Below the pieces are notes generated by a model that had not been told where the DNA came from, did not search any database, and was given only the letters and a program-made list of their open reading frames with translations. A stretch of 64,000 nucleotides of DNA, from the IMG/VR virus record IMGVR_UViG_3300027754_000069, positions 1 to 64,000 of that record. One strand, given 5' to 3'. This document shows positions 8,218 to 17,855 of the stretch, piece after piece; the first letter of the stretch is position 1, and each line of letters opens with the position of its first letter. The position numbers and the translations under genes were made by a program. Origin of the DNA: a virus.

Positions 8218-10176
8218 TTAAACGTCTGGGTTGTTTAGACGTCTTGTGAGACTTGCTCGGTCTATAGCACTGCGGGTTGAGAACTTTGCACGTTCCTTAG
8301 AAGCAAGCTTCTTGGTTTTAAGTGCAACTTCTGTTCCGCCTTTAAGCGATAACTGCTGGCGAGTAAGGTCTTCTTCGCCAGACTTCTCATTATATAGACC
8401 CATTAAACGCGCATAGTCTTGTTGATTACGAGCTGTTGTTTGGAATGCTGCTTCAGCTTCTCCTGCTTTACCAGCAGTAGTAATCTCTTCAGCAAAGCCC
8501 TTGGTTGCTTTCATTCCTGCGCGACCTGCTGCTCCACCAACTTCAGAAGCCGTGTACATCTTTTGTGCTTCTGTCGTTGAGTAAACAAATCGTTTGTCAA
8601 TAGCTCTAAATGCTTTATCTTTATCAAGAAGATAGGCAACCATATCTGCGTCAGTAAGACCGTAGTATTCTTTCAATGCCTTCTTGGCTTCTGGGTCAGC
8701 AGTTTGCAAAACATTCTTTGCAATGTTGACACGGTCTTTTAACTCATCTGCGCTAACAGAGTTAGCGATAAGATTAGTAAAGTCATTAAGCTCGTTATAG
8801 AAATCTGTTGGCAACCCAGCTGATTCCATGTATTGCTTGAAAGTTTTTTCTGTTTCAATATACTCTCGTGGAGTTAGAACTCTATCTCCTGGTAATCCCT
8901 TGCCAGATGCCATACGGTCACGTATAGTTTTGTTTGCAGCAAACCGTGTGTTGTATGCATCGCTTGTATAGATTGCGTTAATAACTTGGTCTTCGGTTGG
9001 CATAATGTTATCTTCATATACCTTGTCAATAGCTCCAAGCATAGAATCAATTAAGTCTTTACCAAGACCAAGATTCTGAAACATCTGCATTACAGAGTCA
9101 CGAGCACCAAAGTCTTTATATGAATCAATTACTTTTCCAGCCGAACCATCGGACATAACCTCAACGGTTTCAACAATGCCACCAGCTTTACGTTGGGTAC
9201 GGACTCCAACAACTTTTGGCTTCTTTGCATCCTCAGCAGCTTTAGCTGCAGCATCTGTTTGTAGTTTTACTAATTCTGCAATCTGGTCGGCAAGTGCTTT
9301 TACTTGTGCAGTTACTGCTGCAGTTGCTGCTGCTGCTGCAGCATCAGATGCATTTGCTGGTTCAACAATTTCTATGCCGTCTTTGTAAGATTTGCCATTG
9401 TAGTTTCCAGTATAAGTTTTTCCATTCTTGGTAAAAACACCATCAATCGTTTCGTATTTATCGGCAACTGTTTTAGCTTTACCGTCTACGTATTCTTGAC
9501 CATCGTAAGTACCAGTATACGGCTTACCATTCTTGTTAAGGACGCCGTTAACAGTTTCATATTTGTCTCCGCCTGGAATTTCTACAACTTTACCGTCTTT
9601 GTATTCTTTGCCTTGATAGGTTCCAGTATATGGCTCACCGTTCTTCATGAAAACGTCACCAACGGTTTCGTACTTGTCACCGCTTGGAGCTTCTACAACT
9701 TTACCGTCTTTGTAATTCTTACCATCCCATTCGCCAGTATATGGGTTGTTATTAATGTCATAAAGAATTCCGTCTTTTGTGACAAATCCATCTACACCAG
9801 TAGCTACTGTTGATGTAGTGGTATTATCTGTTGCTTGATATGCATCATAAATTTCTTGCTCGGCATCATTGAGCTGAAGACCCTTAGCTATTTTTGCTAA
9901 AATAGCAGAAAGGTCTGATGCTGTATATGTAGGGGTAGGTGTTGGAGTAGGTGTTGGAGTAGGTGTTGGAGTAGGTGTTGGAGTAGGTGTAACGGTAGAC
10001 GTGCCTATTTCATTTGCTGCATCAAACTCCGCATCATCAAGCATTTTGCCTTGTCCTGTTTTAGCAGCTGCAACTTGATTTCCTACTGTTACAAATGTAT
10101 TTAATGCATTGACTAAATCAGGGATACTTCCCCCGTCATCAGTCATCATTAAATTTGGATTTAAATAATTTGGCAT
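8218..10176 (-). CDS. Putative internal virion/ejection protein with PT linker and 4 tandem ~36-aa repeats
   Basis: C-terminal ~330 aa homologous to 49248..50864; repeats of type DKYETVxxVFxKNGxPYTGxYxGKxYKDGK. Confidence 0.6.
   Translation of the reverse strand: MPNYLNPNLMMTDDGGSIPDLVNALNTFVTVGNQVAAAKTGQGKMLDDAEFDAANEIGTSTVTPTPTPTPTPTPTPTPTPTPTYTASDLSAILAKIAKGLQLNDAEQEIYDAYQATDNTTTSTVATGVDGFVTKDGILYDINNNPYTGEWDGKNYKDGKVVEAPSGDKYETVGDVFMKNGEPYTGTYQGKEYKDGKVVEIPGGDKYETVNGVLNKNGKPYTGTYDGQEYVDGKAKTVADKYETIDGVFTKNGKTYTGNYNGKSYKDGIEIVEPANASDAAAAAATAAVTAQVKALADQIAELVKLQTDAAAKAAEDAKKPKVVGVRTQRKAGGIVETVEVMSDGSAGKVIDSYKDFGARDSVMQMFQNLGLGKDLIDSMLGAIDKVYEDNIMPTEDQVINAIYTSDAYNTRFAANKTIRDRMASGKGLPGDRVLTPREYIETEKTFKQYMESAGLPTDFYNELNDFTNLIANSVSADELKDRVNIAKNVLQTADPEAKKALKEYYGLTDADMVAYLLDKDKAFRAIDKRFVYSTTEAQKMYTASEVGGAAGRAGMKATKGFAEEITTAGKAGEAEAAFQTTARNQQDYARLMGLYNEKSGEEDLTRQQLSLKGGTEVALKTKKLASKERAKFSTRSAIDRASLTRRLNNPDV
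9935..9990 (+). repeat. 12-bp tandem repeat GTAGGTGTTGGA x4.7 (encodes Thr-Pro linker)
   Basis: Perfect tandem units starting 9935, 9947, 9959, 9971, partial at 9983. Confidence 0.9.
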
Positions 10177-10185
10177 CTTTTACCC

Positions 10186-11550
10186 CTACTGGATGAATCC
10201 AAAGTCTTGAAGAATGCGACTTGCAATTCTTGTCTTCTCTTCTTTTGCGTTCTGGGTTAAGTCCCACTTAGAACTTCGACGCGCCATCTTCTTTGCATCA
10301 AACAGATTAACTGGAGATACATTTCCTTTTTCATCTGTATTGTTTATAGTGCGCTGTACATATTCATCGTTAAGGTCTATTGAATCCGCATCTGTTTCCC
10401 ATACATCAGCTATAGCTTGTAACCATGGGTCTGCTGCTTGACGCAGCGTTTGACCTTGGTCAATTAGGTTAGCCAATCCAGGAGCAAATGACTTTGCTCG
10501 TGTTTGTAGTTGGTCATCAACTTGCTGTGGGTTTAATTTTCCACCGACAAGACCTTTCATGCTGGTTTCAAACCAGTTAGTAAATCCAGCGTTAGACATA
10601 GTCTGTGGATATCCGTAGTCCCATGCTTGCTTGTAAAGACTCTGTGCAAGAGTCTCAAGGTTTCCGCTAAGCTTTGTATATACGACCCTATCGCCAATCT
10701 TGTCGTTCTTAGTAAAGTTAATAGCACCAGACATAAGCGTATTAATATAGTCAGCATCAAAGCGAATAACTTTGCCATCTTGAATAATAGATTGTTTCAT
10801 CATTTGTTCTGCGTATTTAACAGCGTCTTGTGCTGTAATGTTTAATCCATTGGCAGCAAACTTCTTAACAATCTCGCTTGCATTTAGTTGTAAATCTGCA
10901 GCAAACTGTCCAGGATTTGTTTCTCTAGCCCAGTCATACTGACGTTGACTGTCAGTTTGACCTTGCCACCAAGATGTTCCTTTAATAATTTGTTCTTGTA
11001 GAAAAGGGTCCGTAATCATTGGTTCACCGTTTATACCAAGAATCTTATTAAGAGCTTCTTGTAAACTTTTGTCTGCTCCGATAACAGCAGCAGCAATACT
11101 AAATCGTGACTGCAGTTGCGCCAAAGAAAAAGTATCTTTTGTTTGTGATGAAGTCGTGCTCAGTGTTGCTGGGTCTACTGTAATTGTTGACCCTGGTACA
11201 ACTGCTGGAGGTTCAACAGGTTCAACAGGTACAACAGGTGCAACAGGAATTGCGCTAGGAACAAACCCACTCTTGTTATTAAGTGCAGTAACCTTGGCTT
11301 CATTCTGAAGTTTTTGTTTTTCTAGTGCAGATAAACGAGCAACCTCAGCAGCTGCAGCTACAGATGAAGTACTTGATGAAGTACTTTTTTCTGTACCAAT
11401 AGGAATCATAATCTTTTGATTTACACGAATAAGATTAGGATTAGTAATACTTGGGTTAGCTGCAAGAATCTTTGCTACTGTGGTCTTATTAGCTTTAGCA
11501 AGTGCACTAAGTGTGTCGCCTTTTTTAACTGTAATAGTTTTGTTTGCCAT
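10186..11550 (-). CDS. LysM-domain virion protein
   Basis: N-terminal LysM (TVKKGDTLSALAK...ANPSITNPNLIRVNQKI); homologue 50869..52095. Confidence 0.8.
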   Translation of the reverse strand: MANKTITVKKGDTLSALAKANKTTVAKILAANPSITNPNLIRVNQKIMIPIGTEKSTSSSTSSVAAAAEVARLSALEKQKLQNEAKVTALNNKSGFVPSAIPVAPVVPVEPVEPPAVVPGSTITVDPATLSTTSSQTKDTFSLAQLQSRFSIAAAVIGADKSLQEALNKILGINGEPMITDPFLQEQIIKGTSWWQGQTDSQRQYDWARETNPGQFAADLQLNASEIVKKFAANGLNITAQDAVKYAEQMMKQSIIQDGKVIRFDADYINTLMSGAINFTKNDKIGDRVVYTKLSGNLETLAQSLYKQAWDYGYPQTMSNAGFTNWFETSMKGLVGGKLNPQQVDDQLQTRAKSFAPGLANLIDQGQTLRQAADPWLQAIADVWETDADSIDLNDEYVQRTINNTDEKGNVSPVNLFDAKKMARRSSKWDLTQNAKEEKTRIASRILQDFGFIQ

Positions 11551-12365
11551 TACTGAACGACCTTTCCAATTGCTGTTCTGTCAGGACCAATCAAACCTTC
11601 TATAATCTTTAACATGTTTTTTGCTGCAAAAGATTCTGCGTAGTCTGGCAAACTTCGGGCAAAGTTCTGTGCAAATATTGTTGGGTCAAATCCTGTTGAT
11701 TGAGTAGCGTTTGTGACCGTATTGCTTACGCCAGTAGCACCAGACCCTGTAACTGTGGTCTTGCTTGTGTTCTCATAGACAGATGGCTCAAGGGCTGCCT
11801 TAGCATTAACAGCTTTTAAGTAAGCAGCAGCCTCAACAGATGAGGCTGTGCGACCAAGTTCTGATTCAATAGATTTGTTGACATCGGCACCAGCGCCTGA
11901 TGCGCTGTACTTTGTTGCTGTAGTAACCTTGCTTTTATTTGTTGCTGGTGCCTTGGCAGCCGTTGTCTTGTCAGCATAATCTGCCATAGACATACCAGAA
12001 GATAGGTACAACGCTGGGTCACCTTTAGAACCAGACCCTGGTGCTTGTGTCCAAGACACAGCATCTGCCCAAACATCATTGTACTTTGACTTTGGGATAC
12101 CAGCTTTGGCAAGTAGCGCAATAAAGTTGTCGTAGTACTTTCGACTTGGACTTCCTTTTGCTGCCTTTGGTGCAGTAAATTTAAACCAGTCTTTTGCTTG
12201 TGTGGCGTCGACACCTGTCTTAAGACCAGGAAGAATAATCGGCGGAATGTCTAATGTATTTTCAGTCTTTCCAGCGTTTTCTTTATTCCATTTAGCAAGA
12301 GCTGCTGTGTACTGTTTAATACCAGTTGCTCCCTTTGGGTAATCGCTTCTTACTGGTTTAGCCAT
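11550..12365 (-). CDS. Putative internal virion protein
   Basis: Homologue 52095..52904 (GFDPTxFAxNFAxSxPDYAESFAA). Confidence 0.6.
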   Translation of the reverse strand: MAKPVRSDYPKGATGIKQYTAALAKWNKENAGKTENTLDIPPIILPGLKTGVDATQAKDWFKFTAPKAAKGSPSRKYYDNFIALLAKAGIPKSKYNDVWADAVSWTQAPGSGSKGDPALYLSSGMSMADYADKTTAAKAPATNKSKVTTATKYSASGAGADVNKSIESELGRTASSVEAAAYLKAVNAKAALEPSVYENTSKTTVTGSGATGVSNTVTNATQSTGFDPTIFAQNFARSLPDYAESFAAKNMLKIIEGLIGPDRTAIGKVVQ

Positions 12366-15300
12366 TTGTCACCGTGAATTCTGTATCTAGTTGAGGCATG
12401 TTGTTTAACCATCTATATGCAAAAGCAGCAAATTCTTCTGATGCTGTTTGCAAAAAGTCATAATGGAACTGAGCAAACTGTTGCTTTAGTTGTTTCTTTC
12501 TGGCATCAGTATTGTTCTGTGCTTCGTAAGTTTTGTTAAAGATTTTAGCTTCTTGCAGCCAGTAAGTAATCTCTTCCCACTTAGGGCTTCCTTTAGATAT
12601 GGCGTAACTTCTCCAGTTAGTGTCATCAGTAATCTTTTGAATCGCTGGAATTGTTACATCCCAATACTCTTCATTAGTATTCTTTCTGTCAACAGCCCAG
12701 CTTGGAAAGTCTTCGATTACGGAATCAACCATCTTCTGGTACTCACGTTTGATACCACTTCGTTCATACGTGGCATCATATGTAGAACCAATCCCATACT
12801 CAGCCATCTTGGCATCACGCCATTCTTGAGCTTTTTGGAATTCAAACCAACCGCGTCGAGCTTCGACGCTATCGGCTACTTCTTTCTTGGTCTTCTTCTG
12901 TGTAATTGGAGTGTCATACCCAGGGAAGCCAAGCTTCTTAAAGATTGCAGCAACCTCAGTTGAATACTCAGAACTACTTGATAAATCACCATAACCAGAT
13001 GAAAGCATTGCTGCGTACTTTGTATTTGAACGACCAAGTTTAGTAATTAACTCTGGGTTCTTACGAAGTACGGCTAGGTCTTCCATGGTTGTTGCAAGAC
13101 CTGAGATGTTCTTTTGGTTAGAACCAATCAACGCAATAGCGTCAACTCCCCAGTCTTCAGCAAACATTTTATCTGCAAGTTTGTAATCTCCGCCTGCTGC
13201 ATCAACCAAATCTGCATACCATGCAGTAGCTGCACGTGTGACAGGGTCAAAGGATGTAGCAATTGGCATAGAGAATTGGACTACTGCTCTAATGAAAGAC
13301 ATTACTCCAGCAGATTTAGCTGCTGTTGCCATTGTAGGTGGTTCACCTATACGACCGTTTCTATCCCATTGTGAATATGCAACTTTAAACTGAGCATATG
13401 TTTCATCTAGGAATCGGTCATCTCTGAATAATCCAGAAGCAGCTAACGCTGACTTCATATATCCAGGAATAATCGTATTGGCTGCAGTTTCTACAAAACC
13501 GCCACCTTCTTGTGGGTATCCACCGTAAAGTACGCTTGACTCATAGACATCATCGCCTAACGCATCACGTAATCCTTGAGCAACCTGCTCGCCATAAATC
13601 TTCCATGGACCAATTCCAATACCGTTCTTAACGATTTCAGAAACTGTGATACCGCCGAACCAAGATATGGATGGGTCAGCAACCATGAACTCTAGTTGCT
13701 TTGGGTTCCAACGAACTCCACCACCGCGTGAATCTGTGTATGGCTTTAGTGCATCTTGAGCCCATCCTGGCAACTTGTTGCCAAACGGAATTGGATACTT
13801 TATAGAAACCTGTGTTCCCTTTGGAACATCTTGAATACTCTTGTAAGTATTTCCTTCTTGGTCTTCGTATGCTTCAAAGTTATCAAACGCTTCTTGGATA
13901 CTGTTGTACCAATAAGCATTCATTGGGTTGCGAGCCAATAGGCGAAGCGCTACCGCTTGTGAGTTAAAGAATGCAAGAGGGAATGACATCGCATAACGTG
14001 CAACATACATTCCGTTAGTAAGTCTACGTGATGAGTATAGTGTTTCTTCAACACGTGTCAAAGCTTTACGGTATGCAGCTTGACGAATCTCATTGTTGAC
14101 AACCGCATCAGACAAATCAATGCCAGCACGTTCTGCTGCATCTACCATTGTCTTCATCTCTTGACGAGTGTAGGTGAGAAACAGCGGATTACGCACAAGT
14201 TTGTTTTCTGACGCAGATAGAATTCTCCATGCTGCATCGGTCATACCTTGCACCTTAGCCAAGCCACGTTCCATATTATTAAGGTCGTTTAGCTTAAGAC
14301 TTGGTCCATCAATTGTCTCTGGTAGGTCTGGCTTACCATAAAGAATTGAATCTACTTCATCTACTGACACATCACGAGCAAGGATTGTTGAACGCAATCC
14401 TTCATCTGGATACATCTGATTGAGTTTTTCTCTAGTTGTATCAATCCAAGTTGCAAATCCATCGCGGTCAACTTCTTTGCCAAAGCGACTTTGCATACGC
14501 AATCTGTACTCTTTGCCTGCTGGGCTATAAAGCCATTTAAGAATACTTCCAGTAGATTCGTTACGCAGCATCATGCCAAGAGGCAAATCAATTTCGTTGC
14601 GAATCTGACGGTTTGCAATATGAGTCAAAGCATTCATGTACTCTGCTCGGTCTGCTCGGTTAATCTTTACAAAGCGGGTACCGTCTGCGCGAAGGCGACG
14701 AGAGATTTGGCTTTGCATCGCCGTTGCAAGAAAGTTTTGTGCCGAATCAATCTCGGTCATGTAGGCACCGACACCGCGTACGTTAGGGTCTGCAAGACCC
14801 TGAATTGTATATTCTTTACCGCTTGAACTTACAATAACGTCTTCTTCTTGACCAATTTTCTTTTTACCAGTTTTAAGTTCTTGCTTACGAGTTTCGTAAT
14901 CAACCCAGTCTGTGCGGTTCTTGTCGATAAGTTTTGCATAACCATTGACTACGTCTGCTCTTAACGAAAGCTCATCACTTGCATCACCTAGCGCAACACG
15001 TGCTTCATATAAAACATCTTCTGCTGCATACAATGCAGCCTGTGCTTTAGCAGCGCTATCGCCTTTAGCTTTATTGGCACGAGCTAATGCTTTTTGTTGA
15101 GCAACCTCTGCCTTATTAAAGATTCTTGTTGCTTCATCAACGTTTGATTGAGCCTTTTCCCACAGTGCAACTTTTGGTTCCATCTCAGCGCGGTAACGTT
15201 CAATTTCAAACTTTGCTGCTTTGGCACGTTTGCGAGCGTTCGCTTGTGGACTACCAGGCTTAAACCGCTTTAAAGATTCAGCAAGTAAACTTGAGTTGTA

Positions 15301-17301
15301 TGCAACATTTTCCATTGCAGGTGCTGCATTGCGTATTAGCTCCATTGACTCAAGTGCCATAGATGCACGAGCCATAGGGTCTGCCATTGAGTTTTTTGGA
15401 ATATAAGCAAGACGAAGTAAGTTAAGGTTTGAGAAAACCATGTTAGCTAAATCAAGGAACTCTCCAGTATTCATGCCAACCTTTGAAGCTATTGCTCCAC
15501 GATATTGACCTTGAGTTACCTTGGTTCCTTTGCCTGCTGTGCGCTTTGCATTAAGAATTACTTCTATTTCAAGTCTGCGGAAGTCAAGCATCGGAATAAT
15601 GCTTGCTTCATTTGACACGGAAATAAAGTTCTGAACGTTAATTGAACCATCTGCATCAGGTATGATGCCGTTCTTAACTGCATACTGCTTAAGAGATGAA
15701 CGTGATTCGTTGGCTTGTGTACGCCAGCTTTTAATAAGGTCAATTGCGTCAGCTGATGTACGGATACCCTGAAGGTCTGTTACACCATAATGCTTAGCCA
15801 AGCGGGTCATAACGATTTCTTCAATTTGACCTAAAGCAATTGCACGTTCTGTATCATCTTGCGCCTTAAGGAATCTTGCTACCATCTTACGTTTGAAGAC
15901 AGCACCTTCGGTTCCATTTAAAAACTGAAGACGGTTAAGGTCTGATAGTAAATCGCCAGATGCTTCGAATTGACGTGGGTTAGAAATATTAATCATTCCC
16001 TGTGGGCGTCCTGAGCCAGTCCATGCAATCGTACGAATTACTCTGTCATAAGTATTTGACTGATAGACAGTTGACTTCCATCCTTCGCCACCATCGTCGC
16101 CAAACATCTTAAGGTCACCATACTGTGACTGCAGTTGAATCTTCTTCTTAGCAAGGCTAAGTGATTCAATCACAGCAAATCGTCCTGGACGATAGCTTTC
16201 AATGTTAACGCCACGTGGTGCGTTATTAGCAAATTCTTCTAATGCTCTAGCAAGTTTAGGGTCTTTTGCTTTTTTTGCATCAAGAATGCGTTGCATTCTT
16301 TCTGTCATCTTTGGTGTTAAAAATTCTTTGCCAACTTCAGACCAATTAGAGATTGGAGAATTATTATTAATACCGTAGTCATCTAAGTGGTCTGCTTCTA
16401 GTGGCTTCTTGTCAAAGAAGCGAGCAAAAGCAGCAGCATCTCCGCGTTCTGCTAGCAAGTAATCTGCTACATCGCGGTGATTATCTAACTTAGATACAAT
16501 CGTGGCAGTACGATATGGGTTTGATGTCTCACTAATTAAAGGATTGGCAGAAAGTTTAGTTAAATCTTTTTCATTTACCGCATCATCCACAAGTACAGAA
16601 AGACCGCTTCTTGTACGCTCGGCAGCTGGCAATGTTGCATCAATAACAACTTCTTCTAGTTCATTAGTGAACTTATCCATGTCATCTGTTGTGACAATAC
16701 GCTTTGGTCCAACAACTTTTTTGCCAGTGTAGCGTAATGTTCCGCCGACACCTTTAGTTCCAAGTGCTGCTAATACTAAATCGCTAGAACCAGACGCAAC
16801 AATACCCACCCATTCATCTCTGAATGCTTTGTCTCGTTGTTTATCATTGAAGATATCAAAGTCTTTATCAAGAAATGTTGTATTAGTTGCAGGACCAAGT
16901 ATTGGTGATGCAATTTTGCCTACACCGCCAGCAAGTGCTTGACCCATAGAAATCTTTTCGGATTGCTTTTTAGCAAAACGGAAAGATTCAATAACATTAC
17001 CTTTACCAGAAGCTAAAGCTTGTGGTGTAAGTAAAGCAGTAGATGCACCCTGGGTAATTGGTTTGACAATACGCTCACCAAAAGTTTCAAGTACGCGCAT
17101 TGCAGGGTTAATTACAGCACCAAGGATTGGCTTCTTTTTGCCTGCTTCAAGTGCTCCCATTACTTTTGGTATGATTGCAGCTTCTGCTTTTCCTACCTTA
17201 GTACTATCTGTTTTCTTTTTAAAATCATCTACCTTAGAGGTCTTGACCTTAGAAGGCTGCTCTGTATAACGTGGGTCATTCCACCATTCCGTCATTGACA
17301 C
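12358..17301 (-). CDS. Large helical internal virion / DNA-ejection protein
   Basis: 1647 aa with central coiled coil; homologue 52904..57859; podovirus-like position. Confidence 0.6.
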   Translation of the reverse strand: MSMTEWWNDPRYTEQPSKVKTSKVDDFKKKTDSTKVGKAEAAIIPKVMGALEAGKKKPILGAVINPAMRVLETFGERIVKPITQGASTALLTPQALASGKGNVIESFRFAKKQSEKISMGQALAGGVGKIASPILGPATNTTFLDKDFDIFNDKQRDKAFRDEWVGIVASGSSDLVLAALGTKGVGGTLRYTGKKVVGPKRIVTTDDMDKFTNELEEVVIDATLPAAERTRSGLSVLVDDAVNEKDLTKLSANPLISETSNPYRTATIVSKLDNHRDVADYLLAERGDAAAFARFFDKKPLEADHLDDYGINNNSPISNWSEVGKEFLTPKMTERMQRILDAKKAKDPKLARALEEFANNAPRGVNIESYRPGRFAVIESLSLAKKKIQLQSQYGDLKMFGDDGGEGWKSTVYQSNTYDRVIRTIAWTGSGRPQGMINISNPRQFEASGDLLSDLNRLQFLNGTEGAVFKRKMVARFLKAQDDTERAIALGQIEEIVMTRLAKHYGVTDLQGIRTSADAIDLIKSWRTQANESRSSLKQYAVKNGIIPDADGSINVQNFISVSNEASIIPMLDFRRLEIEVILNAKRTAGKGTKVTQGQYRGAIASKVGMNTGEFLDLANMVFSNLNLLRLAYIPKNSMADPMARASMALESMELIRNAAPAMENVAYNSSLLAESLKRFKPGSPQANARKRAKAAKFEIERYRAEMEPKVALWEKAQSNVDEATRIFNKAEVAQQKALARANKAKGDSAAKAQAALYAAEDVLYEARVALGDASDELSLRADVVNGYAKLIDKNRTDWVDYETRKQELKTGKKKIGQEEDVIVSSSGKEYTIQGLADPNVRGVGAYMTEIDSAQNFLATAMQSQISRRLRADGTRFVKINRADRAEYMNALTHIANRQIRNEIDLPLGMMLRNESTGSILKWLYSPAGKEYRLRMQSRFGKEVDRDGFATWIDTTREKLNQMYPDEGLRSTILARDVSVDEVDSILYGKPDLPETIDGPSLKLNDLNNMERGLAKVQGMTDAAWRILSASENKLVRNPLFLTYTRQEMKTMVDAAERAGIDLSDAVVNNEIRQAAYRKALTRVEETLYSSRRLTNGMYVARYAMSFPLAFFNSQAVALRLLARNPMNAYWYNSIQEAFDNFEAYEDQEGNTYKSIQDVPKGTQVSIKYPIPFGNKLPGWAQDALKPYTDSRGGGVRWNPKQLEFMVADPSISWFGGITVSEIVKNGIGIGPWKIYGEQVAQGLRDALGDDVYESSVLYGGYPQEGGGFVETAANTIIPGYMKSALAASGLFRDDRFLDETYAQFKVAYSQWDRNGRIGEPPTMATAAKSAGVMSFIRAVVQFSMPIATSFDPVTRAATAWYADLVDAAGGDYKLADKMFAEDWGVDAIALIGSNQKNISGLATTMEDLAVLRKNPELITKLGRSNTKYAAMLSSGYGDLSSSSEYSTEVAAIFKKLGFPGYDTPITQKKTKKEVADSVEARRGWFEFQKAQEWRDAKMAEYGIGSTYDATYERSGIKREYQKMVDSVIEDFPSWAVDRKNTNEEYWDVTIPAIQKITDDTNWRSYAISKGSPKWEEITYWLQEAKIFNKTYEAQNNTDARKKQLKQQFAQFHYDFLQTASEEFAAFAYRWLNNMPQLDTEFTVTNG

Positions 17302-17455
17302 CTGGTGCAGCCTCCTTCTTTACAGTCAACTCTTCTAATAAAGCAAGTCGGTCATCATCTGATGGGAATTGCATCTTTGCAATATCCCAAGCAAGAGGAG
17401 CTAAATCAAAGCCAAGGTACTCAAGGTTCTCTTCGAACTTCTTGAGTACTCTCAT
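17276..17455 (-). CDS. Hypothetical protein
   Basis: MRVLKKFEENLEYLGFDLAP..., homologue 57810..58016; just below ORF-track cutoff. Confidence 0.7.
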   Translation of the reverse strand: MRVLKKFEENLEYLGFDLAPLAWDIAKMQFPSDDDRLALLEELTVKKEAAPGVNDGMVE

Positions 17456-17847
17456 TCGCTTTGACTCCTTAAATATCTGACAAATGCTTTCATAGTTCCG
17501 CTTGATTCTGGTGAATCTGCATAACGAACCATTAATGGCATGAATTTTGCAATCTTGCTTAGGTCATCTAATTGAGATTCAACTGGTGACTTCATATTAA
17601 GAATGCTGCTACCTGGACCTGGACCAGCATCAACACCTGTAGTAACAGGTTCATCTGGTCTACGAGTTGGTGCTGTTAGCGGAACTACTTCCGCTAATGG
17701 ACTAGGTGACTTTGCCATAGGTGCGCCAGCTTGTTCTGCTTGAAATTGCTTTTGCTCACCATAGGCTGCATCAGGCAATCTTTTTGCTCCTTGTATATCA
17801 GTCCTTTTGGAAAACTTTCCAGGACCTGAAGGCTGCATCATTGACAT
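17452..17847 (-). CDS. Conserved Pro/Gly-rich virion-region protein
   Basis: SGPGKFSKR...YGEQK...RPDEPVTxGVDAGPGPG; homologue 58013..58429. Confidence 0.75.
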   Translation of the reverse strand: MSMMQPSGPGKFSKRTDIQGAKRLPDAAYGEQKQFQAEQAGAPMAKSPSPLAEVVPLTAPTRRPDEPVTTGVDAGPGPGSSILNMKSPVESQLDDLSKIAKFMPLMVRYADSPESSGTMKAFVRYLRSQSE

Positions 17848-17855
17848 TATTTACC

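Noticed and set aside
12358-17301. Virion RNA polymerase or tape measure protein
   Set aside because: No recognisable RNAP catalytic motifs in either copy; no tail tube or chaperone frameshift genes; gene order fits an ejection protein
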